Below are positions 11,990 to 24,024 of a stretch of DNA of 39,631 nucleotides, in pieces (position 1 is the first letter of the stretch; each line of letters opens with the position of its first letter). Source of the DNA: Octopus bimaculoides. Lineage: Eukaryota. Where the stretch lies: positions 40,276,259 through 40,315,889 of the forward strand of contig NC_068981.1 in the NCBI RefSeq assembly GCF_001194135.2, read 5' to 3'. Both the position numbers and the translations under genes were made by a program. The notes beneath the pieces are model-generated. The model ran no database searches, was not told the DNA's origin, and worked only from the letters and a program-made list of their open reading frames with translations.

Positions 11990-12960
11990 ATTAATTCTTG
12001 GAATTCTTAGTCCATAGAAGGGTTGGTTTCTAACAAAGAAACAAAGCTCTGTCGCTAGAATTAAGATAAAAGCAACAGTAAACAGTTTCATGTTGATTTT
12101 TATTTTCTTTCAGAAAAATTCGTGCATATTTTCAGTGTTCTATTTGCAGATTCAATTTGCAACGCGTATGTTATGTAGTGGCATTTCTATGTTGTGGCAT
12201 TTTTTAACAGAAATCCTAGCTTTTCGAGATTACTGCTTAGTACTAGTAACACAATAATTGCACCAACAATTATGTGTAAAAATGTAAGTTTATAATGTAG
12301 ATAGAGAAGGCATGTGTTTCAAAGCAGATGATCATAAATATTCTTTCTCACTAAGTTTGAAAACTGTAACTATTATTTTTGTTGTTGTTATTTTGTTTTG
12401 TTGTCTCAAATAACTGTGTCATGCATGTTATGTTTGCCCTTGGGGTAAATGTTCTTGAGATTATTCTATCAATATTCCTAGTGTCGAAACAAATCAAAAA
12501 TATTTTCTCCATCTGTTCCATGCAGTGTTTCCTTCAGATAGTATCAGCAGACGCTGAATGACATTTTGAGAAGCTTCTGATCATATGTGTAATATTTTTC
12601 ACTGATATGTGAACTACTAATTTCGGTTACTTCTTGCTTTATAACTACTTCCTGCTCTTGGATTGCGGAAGCATAACCTTCAAATGTGATGCAATGGCCA
12701 TGAGTCCAAGAAAAATTACACTTCCTGTGAATGTCAACATTATCTTGTTATGGAAACATACTCAGACGTAACTTCACTATACAGAATGCTCTTGACGCTG
12801 TACTAGACCAGCAGTTCTGGGATTGGGGTCGCATGAAGCGTCATTCGAAACTGGGTGCTTTTGGGGCAATTCATTCCATACACTTAAAATATTGTTTGTT
12901 TTCTTCACGTTTGAACACTTGGTTAATGTAATTTTCTCTAATGCTCTTTGGTAAATGTTG
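11990..12960 (-). mobile_element. R4/Dong-type (REL endonuclease) LINE family B, 3' portion, decayed
   Basis: Minus peptide DNVDIHRKCNFSW...FEGYASAIQEQE matches 18830-18950; 11990-12370 aligns with 29765-30100 (agaaacaaagctc.gt.gctagaatt; taaatatt.tttctcact). Confidence 0.7.
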
Positions 12961-13133
12961 TTTTATACAACTCATCACAAAAAAACCGTCTGGACTGATC
13001 TACATTTGTTTCTTTAATATTTTGAATATATTATTATATTTAATATAATTATCTCGTTGGAATCTTTCTATTGATATCAGGATCATGGACGCTTCTGTTT
13101 ATTTCCTCTGTTGACCGATCAAGTATTCAAGTA

Positions 13134-13135
<2 letters not shown>

Positions 13136-13181
<46 letters not shown>
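13136..13181. repeat. (TG)n microsatellite
   Basis: Direct inspection. Confidence 0.95.
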
Positions 13182-13183
<2 letters not shown>

Positions 13184-13199
13184 ATGTGCACATATGCGT

Positions 13200-13865
13200 A
13201 ATGCACACGCATACATGTATCAGCAGTTGCCTAAAAATATCATTAAGGTACTACTTCCTGATGCAACATGCACTTGTTGCTAAAACAATATTGAATGCCA
13301 TTGGAGGAAAAGACTATCCTGGGATAAATATAGATAATTTTCCTGTTATTAAATACATACAAAGACAACTACACATACATAGACAACTACACATACATAG
13401 ACAACTACACAAAGGATATTGGTAGAACATTCATTTCAAAACGTCTACCAAGTGCAACCATAACAGACCGGATATAGTTGTTTGAAGCTGAAAAGAAAAG
13501 TATGTACCGTCATAGAAGCCAGCAGCACTGTTGATGTGAGTAAAGTTGAAGAGAAAGAGAATGATTAAAGACAGCTGTTTCGAAGCCTTCAGCTTCTCTA
13601 CTCTAATTATAATTCATATATACGCTTGATTTTACTAATAAATGCCTATCAGGATAAGCTAGGATTTTCAGAAAAAGAAATCAACCAGCTAATACTCACA
13701 TTACATACAGAATCTATAAGTGTTACAGTAAAAATATACAAGACGTTTCTCAAGTTCAAGATATAACATTGTCTTGTAATCTACATTCCAACAGTGGAGA
13801 TTTGAGTCTTTGTTTATAACCAGCTCCTTCCTTACAAGAAGACTTCAACTAATCAAAAATAGAAA
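13200..13865 (+). mobile_element. REL-LINE family B, 3' fragment (zinc-knuckle end, REL domain, 3' UTR)
   Basis: CISSCLKISLRYYFLMQHALVAKT; KCNHNRPDIVV; DKLGFSEKEINQL; IYKTFLKFKI*; contains an 18-bp tandem triplication at 13363-13411. Confidence 0.85.
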
Positions 13866-13869
13866 GAAC

Positions 13870-13897
13870 ATACATACATACAAACACACATAGCTAC

Positions 13898-13937
<40 letters not shown>
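13870..13937. repeat. (CATA)/(GATA)n before a gap
   Basis: Direct inspection. Confidence 0.9.
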
Positions 13938-14509
13938 NNNNNNNNNNNNNNNNNNNNNNNNNNNNNNNNNNNNNNNNNNNNNNNNNNNNNNNNNNNNNNN
14001 NNNNNNNNNNNNNNNNNNNNNNNNNNNNNNNNNNNNNNNNNNNNNNNNNNNNNNNNNNNNNNNNNNNNNNNNNNNNNNNNNNNNNNNNNNNNNNNNNNNN
14101 NNNNNNNNNNNNNNNNNNNNNNNNNNNNNNNNNNNNNNNNNNNNNNNNNNNNNNNNNNNNNNNNNNNNNNNNNNNNNNNNNNNNNNNNNNNNNNNNNNNN
14201 NNNNNNNNNNNNNNNNNNNNNNNNNNNNNNNNNNNNNNNNNNNNNNNNNNNNNNNNNNNNNNNNNNNNNNNNNNNNNNNNNNNNNNNNNNNNNNNNNNNN
14301 NNNNNNNNNNNNNNNNNNNNNNNNNNNNNNNNNNNNNNNNNNNNNNNNNNNNNNNNNNNNNNNNNNNNNNNNNNNNNNNNNNNNNNNNNNNNNNNNNNNN
14401 NNNNNNNNACAAAGCGTCGCCGGGAACTGAAATCACGACCTTACGATGGTGAGCCGAATGCCCTAACCTCTAAGCCACACACTCGTATGTTAATATATAT
14501 ACATACATA

Positions 14510-14832
14510 AAGGAGCACTCCGTCGCTTACGACGACGAGGGTCACAGCTAATACGATTAACGGAACAGCTTTCTGGTGAAATTAACGTGCAAGTGGCTGA
14601 CCACTTCACAGACATGTATACGCTTAACATAGTTCTCAAGGAGATTCAGCGTGCCACAGAATGTCACAAGGCTGGCCTTTCGAAATACAGGTACTACTCA
14701 TTTTTGTCAACTGAGTGGACTGGAGCAACGTGAAATAAAGTGTCTTGCTCAAGGACACAAAGCGTCGCCGGGAACTGAAATCACGACCTTACGATGGTGA
14801 GCCGAATGCCCTAACCTCTAAGCCACACACTC
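14510..14832 (-). mobile_element. tRNA-derived SINE family 2a
   Basis: Minus head gtgtggcttagaggttagggc...gtgatttcagttccc (A/B-box-like); body tgtgtccttgagcaagacactt; tail of about 175 nt shared with 20361-20539. Confidence 0.85.
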
Positions 14833-14852
14833 GTATGTTAATATATATACAT

Positions 14853-15228
14853 AGGGTGCAGTAAATAACACAAAAATGAAAATGATACTAACATTTCAAT
14901 TTAACAGATATATTTATCAAAATTACATAAAAATGTCTTGAAATACTTTGAGTAAATTGTATCAATAATATCGCCATTGGCTTCAACCACGGCCTCCAGA
15001 CGACTTCGGAATCTCTAGCAACTTTTCTGTTTAAGACAGTGAATATTGCCATAATCCTTGCTTTCAATTCATCTTTGACGTTGCAAGGAGTTTTGTTGGT
15101 CTCTCGCTCAACTGCGCCCCACATATAATAATCACGGGGTGACAATCCAGGGAGATACGTGGCCAGATATTAGGTGTGATGTGGTCGCAGAAATTGTCTG
15201 ACAGCCATGACTTGGTTCTCCAGCTCCT
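14853..15228 (-). mobile_element. maT (DD37D-like) transposase C-terminal fragment
   Basis: SWLSDNFCDHITPNIWP / DYYMWGAVERETNKTPCNVKDELKARIMAIF. Confidence 0.8.
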
Positions 15229-16439
15229 TTTATAAAAATATAAAATGATGACAATTTATCCATCGCGCCTTGTATACATACATATAAATGTATGTATGTA
15301 TGTATGTATGTATGTATGTACGTATGTATGTGTGTGTGTATACAAGTGCTTATGTGCATGCGTGTGTGTGTGTGTGAGTGTGGTGAAGAAAGAGGAACCA
15401 AAAGACATTGCTACTGTGTTATTACACGGCTAACAGTTGAGAAAAAGCTAGAAATAGATGGCAAGTTCAAAATAGACTGGGAGACTAAAAGGCGTTCGTT
15501 AATTCTTGCGAGCGATGAAGTGTTTTGAATAAATACAAATTCTTTTTCCCTATGTCAACCCACGATGTTGAATCTACACAGAAGGCAGAGGGTTAAGAAT
15601 TGCTATTGATTTAAAGAGTAATTAATTATTATTACAGACGTCAAAGAGTTAATCGCTGATATATTGTCCAATATTTTATGGTCCCTATTTCTGTTCGCAA
15701 TACCTTCATACGATATTTCCAACAGCTTATCCAACAAATAGTTTGTACAAGAATCTAAATGTCCTAGTGTGTGCAGCAGGCAATTTTCATTTAATTTTGT
15801 TATCCATCTGAGCTTCCTACGTTATTTCCTTATTACGTGCACACCAGGAATCTCCTGGTGTAGCAGCTGTAAACAAGCAGGTATTGATTGTCGAAAACCT
15901 ATTATCAAATCTTTTCCTTTTGTATCTAATGATTTCATCAATAACTTTCCACGTGGGAGTGGTAGTTATTTTTCTTTCTACTATCGTCAAAAATGGGTAT
16001 TATCTAATGATAGGTTGCAGAAATTGAAAAAGTGTTTCAAACAGCGTTTTTAAATTGTTTCAAACAGATACATGCATGCATATACGTATGTGTGTGTATG
16101 TATGTATGTATGTATGTATGTATGTATGTATGTATGTATGTGTGTGTGTATGTATGTGTGTGTGTGTGTGCGTGCGTGTGTGCGTGCGCACACAGGTGAT
16201 ATATAAAAACAATTTAACACTAAACTGAAGGATGATTCAATTCTTTATAGTAGAGTACATGTTTTTAAAGCTTTACAAAGCAACTGTTGACTGTGACTTC
16301 GAAGTCGCGGCTCATTCACCTTTAAGGTCAGTGTTAAACTTTTATATACTTATATGTATGTATATATATGTATGTATGTATGTAGGTATATATGTATGTA
16401 TGTATGTACGTANNNNNNNNNNNNNNNNNNNNATATATA

Positions 16440-16690
16440 AGAGTTAAGAAATGGAGTAGATTGAAGCTAACTTTCTTCCTACGCCTCGATCCTTGGATCA
16501 GATCGCTAGCCGCTTTTTTTTATTTTTCTCTTCCTGTTTATTTCTGTGTTCCTTTCTGTCGAAGAGCGTAGGCTCGAAACATAAAAGACTTTCTCACTTC
16601 CTGAGCGTTAAACTAATACATCTGTTTGTTTATTACACACCCGTCTTCATCTTTTGTTTTTTTGAGGTTTTTTTTTGTATATTCTCAATA
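16440..16690 (+). mobile_element. Non-coding PLE pLTR-like element carrying HHR family 3
   Basis: HHR-like fold at 16552-16587 followed by a tail of about 100 nt; flanked by (TA) runs; boundaries approximate. Confidence 0.5.
16552..16587 (+). ncRNA. Minimal type-I hammerhead-like motif, A6U core variant
   Basis: CTTT | CTGTCGA | A | GAGC-gtag-GCTC | GAAA-C-A-T-A | AAAG; stem III ACAT is probably a CpG-decayed ACGT. Confidence 0.45.
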
Positions 16691-17831
16691 TATATATATA
16701 TATGAAAAGCCCGCCCTTGCCAGGCAATTTTTACAATAGAATGTCGTATATAAATTCTTATTCCATGTCAGAGCATGCCTTCCCCGACAGAGAGGCCTCT
16801 TAACCAGGACAGATTTAAGCAATTAAAAAATCCTCAACTTCGTTGAGGATTTTTTTTTCCTTTCTAAACTATTTATATGTTTGTTCGACCGTTTCACATG
16901 ACTTTATTCAATAAAACTTCAGAAGCTCCTATAACTTTGGTCGTCGTAATGCTTTGCCTTCGTTTGTTTTTCGTGATAGACAGCTGTCATGCAAAAAATG
17001 CCAGCTTCCAAATCCTGTTTTCTGATTGGGTAAAATTGACTAAACTTTAAATCTCAGTAACATTTTCCTGCAACATTTCAGCAACAAACAAATGAACATT
17101 CCCAAACGTACACACAGGTAATCACGAGTTAAAAATGGTATATAGTAGACATATGTATGTATGTATGGATGGATGGATGGATGGATGGATATGTATATGT
17201 ATGTATATGTATGTCTGTGTGTGAGTATTTTTTTGCGATGAACAGCAGAAAAGCCACCTAACTCCTCTCTCCTTAAAGCTATGTATACCTCACACACCTC
17301 CTTCGGTGTGTGCGTGTGTTTGTGTGTGTGCGTGTGTGTGCCGTATCTATTTATTTACGAAAGTATGTATGCAGCGTCGTGTGTATATGACAGCTGCAGT
17401 AAAGTTATATCCCATTGTCACCGCTGTTCTCGCCTTCACTGATATAAGTCGCCCTCTCTCTGTTACTACCTTTCTCTGAGACTAAAACTTTTTGCAAACT
17501 TCTCATTTTATCATATAATTCGCCCAACGGGCACATTATAGATTTTTATTAAAATCCAATTAGCCTATCATTGAACTGGGTGATAGTGTAACATGTATGC
17601 AAAGTTTCTCTGGTTTAGGCACTAAGATGGTACCAGACAGACAGAAATTGCCATTGTTCTCCCGCCATGCCTCTGTCTACCCCTCCATCCCCCTTCGTAG
17701 TTTTTCCTTTAAGGTCTTCAGGTTCTGGCTATATATAAATGAGAAACCCATTCTAAATTATCTCGCTGACGTACTACGACGAAATACCCAAGANNNNNNN
17801 NNNATGATATATATATATATACACACACACA

Positions 17832-18000
17832 AACAATTGCAGCGTGGAAGGTGTTTATAAGTCATTTAAGAAACAAAAACTGTTAGATTCACTTCAACAT
17901 TTAAATTTAATTTGCCAAAATATTTTCGTCACTTCGAGACCTCGACCTGTTCGCTGACAAAATTCCGTGCTGCAGCACGGAAATATTTTGACAAATTAAA
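17832..18000 (-). mobile_element. Fold-back element, HHR family 2 (G3-C8), second locus
   Basis: 17832-17965 is a reverse-complement match to 38874-39015; HHR fold on minus 17911-17961; short inverted arm at 17975-18000. Confidence 0.75.
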
Positions 18001-18139
18001 GATAACTAACTAGATGACTTCTATTCGATCAAATTCCTCGCCTGATAATCTTGGTCATACATTCGTGGAATTGTGAGATACGTGACATAGTATGTGGGAA
18101 CAAACTTAAACACAGACACACATACACACACCATCATGA

Positions 18140-19812
18140 AAAAAAGAGCTGGTCTCTAACAAAGATACAAAGGTCCATCTTTGGAACGTAGATAACAAAA
18201 ACAATGTCACATCTTAAACCTGAGAAAAGTCTTGCAGATAGTATTTGTAATGTGCGAGTCAGTTCGCTGATTTCTTTTTCTGAAAATCCAAGCTTATCCA
18301 GACTGACAGTTAGGCATTTACTTACAAACCAAGTGCTCCAATTATTATTGGTATAAATGTAAATTTGTAATCCTGATATAAAAGCTACAGGTTTTCGCAG
18401 CAGCTGCCCATAGTTATCTTCTTTCTCTTTGATTTTCAAAGAGACATTCACACCAGCAGGACAGCTAACGTCTATAGCGGTACATACTTTTTCGTGTCTG
18501 TCCCAAACACTATCCGATCTGTTATGTTTACACTTGACATGTTTTGATGTGAATGTTTCACTAGTATTCCTTGTGCTAGTGTTTGTATACGTATTCAATA
18601 ACAAGAGGATTTCCTATATTTATTCCAGGACAGTCATTTTTCAGGATGGTATTGTATCACTGTTTTTGCAACTTAGTCATGTCGCATGGGGAGATAGTAC
18701 TTCCATGACATTTTTCGACAGCTGCTAATCACATGTGTGATGTCTTCCACAGAAGTATGACATAATCTACATTTTCGGTTGCATCTTGGAACTACAAGGA
18801 CTTCACTGTCTCTTTTGTTGATTAGGTATTTAGTAGCAATCTCCTGTTTTCGGATTGCAAATGCATAGCCTTCGAAGTGTTATGCTATGTAACGGGTCGA
18901 GTATCCAAGAAAGGCTTCGCTTCATGTCAATGTTACTATCTTCTTCGAGTCTACGAGAAATATACCTATGCATAGTCTTTTTTTTTTAGTATGATGAGCG
19001 TTTCATTTCCAGCTCTTCTTTGAGGTCTGCTTGTCCGGCTGATTTGGGGTTTGTATGGGAAGTCATCAGAAAGAGAGTACTTCATGAGGGACTCAATTCC
19101 AACACGTAGGATATTGCTTTCTTCCCTTTTCAGCACTAAATTAGTGTATTTATTTTTTCTGCTGCTGTTGTTTACAATTGCTGTCGGAGACAGACTATGT
19201 ATCATTCGAAGGTTGTCTGAACTGATCTCAAACCCCTACCTCCTTTATTTCTTCTTATGTAGAGCCTGTCGATATCACCATCTTTGTGGATGTTTCCAGC
19301 TGATGTTAGAATCTTGCGGGTGTTAATGTCTACAGAGTAGTTTTTTTCTATAGGCCAGTCAAGTATCCCAAATGTTGGAATCAGATCTGGTACTGCAAAG
19401 GAATTGCAGAGTTTGTCTTGTTTTAAGAGGAGAGTTCGGTCTACCATATTTTTCTTAGTCTGGTTTAATATTTATGGGTCACTATCTTTATTCCCAGTAA
19501 CTTGGTATGATATATTTTCGTCAATACCAAGGTACTTGTAGCATTCTTTGTGTGGAACAGGATAGTGAGGCAACTGATGCGCAGGTTTTGTGTCTGGGAG
19601 ACTGATATTCCCCGCTCAACAATTAAATAAGATTATTTCTTCTGACAAAATTCCATTCCTATGTCAGCTGAAAATGTTGTTATTAATTCCAGTTGTTTTT
19701 TTTTTGTTTTTGTTTTTGTCATTATTAACCTTTTTAACATCAACCTTAAGGTCATCCACACAGAAATTATGGGTTACATTAATGTCTCTTACAGTTACAG
19801 ACCCTAGCATTT
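18140..19812 (-). mobile_element. R4/Dong-type LINE family B: RT C-terminal half, CCHC knuckle, REL endonuclease, 3' UTR; 5'-truncated
   Basis: THNFCVDDLK; YKYLG; DIDRLYIRRNKGGRGL; FEGYAFAI; CRLCHTSVEDITHVISSC...MRHD; HNRSD..WDRHEKVCTAIDVSCP; ICKTFLRFKM*; stops and frameshifts. Confidence 0.9.
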
Positions 19813-19835
19813 AGCCTTTTGATTGTGTAGCAGGA

Positions 19836-19841
19836 ATGATA

Positions 19842-19898
<57 letters not shown>

Positions 19899-19957
19899 CT
19901 GGATGGATGGATGTTTGCATGTATGTATGTATGCATGTATGTATGTATGCATGTATA

Positions 19958-19993
<36 letters not shown>

Positions 19994-19995
19994 TG
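19836..19995. repeat. (TG)/(TGGA)/(TATG) microsatellite
   Basis: Direct inspection. Confidence 0.95.
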
Positions 19996-20124
19996 CGATG
20001 GCTTCCACGGAGTTTCCATCAATGAAGTCCACTCTCAAAGCATTGGTCGGCCTACAGCGCCATGCAGTAGAACTGAACCTGAAACCATGCGGTTGTGGAG
20101 CGAAATACTTAACCACACTGTCAT
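19996..20124 (-). mobile_element. SINE family 1, 5' half
   Basis: Minus strand ...caaccgcatggtttcaggttcagttctactg...ggccgaccaatgctttgagagtggac...ggaaact...gaagccatcg. Confidence 0.75.
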
Positions 20125-20346
20125 TTAATTAATATATTTTACTAATTAATTTATATCTTTTACTTGAGTAACTAAGACGAGAATATTCAAGAGTCAAGAC
20201 ACTTTTCATACATTTTGAGATTAGTGAGAGATGAAGATGAAGTTATTCTCAAACCTGGATCGAATGTATGCAACGAAGTGAAGTCTGCTAAGGGTGCTAA
20301 GGACCAAGTGCTCGTTTTAGTCAAGATGACAGGTGAATATATATAC

Positions 20347-20742
20347 TGTTGTTGTTGTTGGCATTCCGTCGCTTACGACGACGAGGGTTCCAGTTGATCC
20401 GATCAACGGAACAGCCTGCTCGTGAAATTAACGTGTAAGTGGCTGAGTGAGTACTCCACAGACACGTGTACCCTTAACGTAGTTCTCGAAGATATTCAGC
20501 GTGACATAGTATGACAAGGCTGACCCTTTGAAATACAGGCACAACAGAAACAGGAAGAAAGAGTGAGAGAAAGTTGGAGTGAAAGAGTACAGCAGGGTTC
20601 GCCACCATCCCCTGCCGGAGCCTCGTGGAGCTTTAGGTGTTTTCGCTCAATAAACACTCACAACGCCCGGTATGGGAATCGAAACCGCGATCCTATGACC
20701 GCGAGTCCGCTGCCCTAACCTTTGGGCCATTGTGCTTCCACA
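20347..20742 (-). mobile_element. tRNA-derived SINE family 2b, full length, (CAA)n 3' end
   Basis: Minus head tggcccaaaggttagggcagcggactcgcggtcataggatcgcggtttcgattccc; tail shared with family 2a; ends in (CAA)n. Confidence 0.9.
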
Positions 20743-20916
20743 TATACTGATACTGTACTTAATAAAAGCATGAACATTACCTCATCTCTTTTCAATATGC
20801 TAAGTCAAAATTAACCAATACTCTTATGATGCTAAACCAATATTCTAATATTATTATCTCTGTCTGCACTTATTTTTTCACTCTCTTTGTTACATCTTCC
20901 TATCTTTATACCTCCC

Positions 20917-20957
<41 letters not shown>

Positions 20958-21138
20958 TACACACACACACACACACAGTATCTCCCTCTCCCTCTCTTTC
21001 TCTCTCTACCATTATAGCTCTCTATATCACAGTTTATCTCCCTCTCCTTCTCTTGCTCTCTTTTTGTTTTCTCCTGATTCTCTTTCACTTTCTTTCTTCA
21101 CTTAGAGCAGTAATACTGTTTTTGCCCCCAGAGATGCT

Positions 21139-21512
21139 GGCGCGGCTGCATGGTTAGGAAGCTCGCTTTACAACCACTTGGTTTCGGGTTCAGTTCCACT
21201 GTATGACACTTTGGGCAAGTGTCCGTTACTATAATCCCGGCTCGGCTTACGCCTTTAAGGTGAATTTGGTTGACAGAAATTGTATGGAAGCCCGTCGTAT
21301 ACTACATGTATACGTGTGTACGTGTTTGTGTCTATCTCCACACCTTCGCTTGACAGCCGATGTTGGTTTGTTTACGTTCCTGTTAGGGTGTCCGCCCAGC
21401 AAAAGACATTGATAGAATAAGTACCAAACTTTAAAAACAAGTAAGTAGAAGTCGATTTCCGGGTGTTGCTCCAACATGGCCACAATTCAATGATAAGTAA
21501 ACGATAAAAGAT
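21139..21512 (+). mobile_element. SINE family 1, older full-length copy with unexpanded middle
   Basis: Collinear with 4091-4595. Confidence 0.8.
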
Positions 21513-22789
21513 ACCACAAGTTTTCGTTCCAGGTAATATTATTTTCAAAACTTCCTGCTTTCGGATCACACAGCCTTCCATCAATTCCTTCTGTCTTCTA
21601 TGGCCTTCCATATCTTTCTTTCTGTCTTGTCATTTTTCCTTCTCCCATTCTTTCTTGTTTGCTTGCTTTCTTCTGTTTCTTTTTCATTCTTTATTTCCGC
21701 TGCCTTTTCCCTTAATTCTTGCATAACTTAATACTTTCTTTTCCATTATTTTAAAATCTTTTCTCCTAATTCCTTCATTCTCTTTCCTTTTTTCTTTAAT
21801 GTCTGTTTATCCATCTATTTATCAATATTTCTATATATCTAGATATGTTTCTTATTCATTTTCCCGCTCTTCCACGCATCCAGTTCCATCACTGTTTTTG
21901 TCTCCACCCTCGTCCTTCTCGAACTCACTCTTTCTCTCTTCGGTTTCATAGGTGGAAAGAATGAATAAATCTCACTCTCTTTCTCATCAAGCATTTTCTG
22001 TCATTTTCTCTCTCCCTCTCTTTCTCCCTCTCTCTCCCTCTATCTCTCTCTCTATATATATATATATTAATCTTTCTCACTCGGTTTCTGTTTATCTTCT
22101 TTTTCTCTATTTTCCCACAAAACCATACAACTTTTTTTTCTGTTCTTCGCAGATGTATCTCTTTTCATCACTTTACCAATTCTTTGTTAACTCCTTCGCC
22201 TCCCCAATTTTGCCATATTTATATCATCTCTAATTGCCTGGCTATTCAACACGATTGCTCAACATATTGATATATTGGAATATCTCTGTATATTGCACTA
22301 TATGAATCCCTCTCTCTCTCTTTCTCCCTCTCTCTATCCCTCTTTCTCCCCCTCTCTCTCTCTTTCTCTCTCTCCCTCCCTCTTTCTCCTTCGCTCTCTC
22401 TTTCTCTCTTCCCTCCACCTATCTCTCGCTTTTTCTTGCTGGCACTACTCGAAACGCGCGCAAACGAAAAAGCATTCATATAAACACAAACACATCCTCA
22501 GATGCATTCGCACACATAAACTCACATTTATATATTCAGGGTGGTAGAATTCATAAGGGAATCGATCATAGATACAAGAGTAAAGTCTTTAATACTATTG
22601 ATTTCTTCTGAGAACGTACAAGGTCAAAATTTGTTGAAGAATATGGTCGACAGATCGGTATGTAGATATTTTTTTCACAGATATCAAGAAGGATGAAAAC
22701 CAAAACTACTTCCATGAGACTCAAACCCAGAATTAAGAAGGATGATGCAAAATCGCTTGAAGAATTTAGTCTTGTACTCTATAGTATTA

Positions 22790-22972
22790 TTATTATTATT
22801 ATTTGTATCTGTATTGACTCGTAAGAGTGTCGTAGAAAATTACATAAGGAATGCAAATCTTGCCAAGGTCGATTCTATATTTCGTCCTGGGATCTATATA
22901 ATAAAATATTAGTCAATACTGAGATCAATATAATCGTCTATACTCCCCACCCCACTACTATTATTATTATTA

Positions 22973-23025
<53 letters not shown>

Positions 23026-23159
23026 GTTCAGTAGTTTTATTTTTATAACGTGCTTTCACTTNNNNNNNNNNNNNNNNNNNNNNNNNNNNNNNNNNNNNNN
23101 NNNNNNNNNNNNNNNNNNNNNNNNNNNNNNNNNNNNNNNNNNNNNNNNNNNNNNNNNNN

Positions 23160-23214
<55 letters not shown>

Positions 23215-23263
23215 CATTATTATTATTATCATCATCATCATCAATTTCATCATCATCATTATT

Positions 23264-23317
<54 letters not shown>
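22790..23317. repeat. (TTA)n/(TCA)n microsatellite blocks with gap
   Basis: Direct inspection. Confidence 0.9.
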
Positions 23318-23592
23318 GTCTTTGCACAGCTTCTAACGCTGGAGATATACTACGGTGTCAGCTGTTCACTACCAGTAAACTAAGGTAACACCCCCTTATT
23401 TTTCGGGCGCCTTCCTGAGTAAATGAGCGGTTCCAAGCAGTGCTCCACCTTATTGCAGCCCCGATTTGTTTCGTGTACTTCTCAAAACTTTTACGCGCTG
23501 TTCCCAGGGCTCCGATAATTATTGGTACTACTACTACCACCTTTTTCAGCGATCACAACTGCTTAACTTCCGAAGCTAACCTGTCACTTTTA

Positions 23593-24024
<432 letters not shown>

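Noticed and set aside
12114-12283. Strong acceptor and donor pair suggesting a host exon
   Set aside because: Stops in all three frames; the segment is the antisense of a REL-LINE family B 3' end.
15380-16060. Long, partly open frames suggesting another LINE or PLE remnant
   Set aside because: Motif hints conflict between strands; cannot be assigned by eye.
16700-16860. Bacterial contamination suggested by the terminator-like hairpin
   Set aside because: No bacterial ORF nearby; the flanks are microsatellites and host-type repeats.
20223-20334. Exon-like LVRDEDEVILKPG...cag|gtgaat
   Set aside because: Weak acceptor, no recognisable homology, no partner exons.
20660-20742. tRNA gene
   Set aside because: No closed acceptor stem, and it continues into a SINE body and tail; it is a tRNA-derived head.
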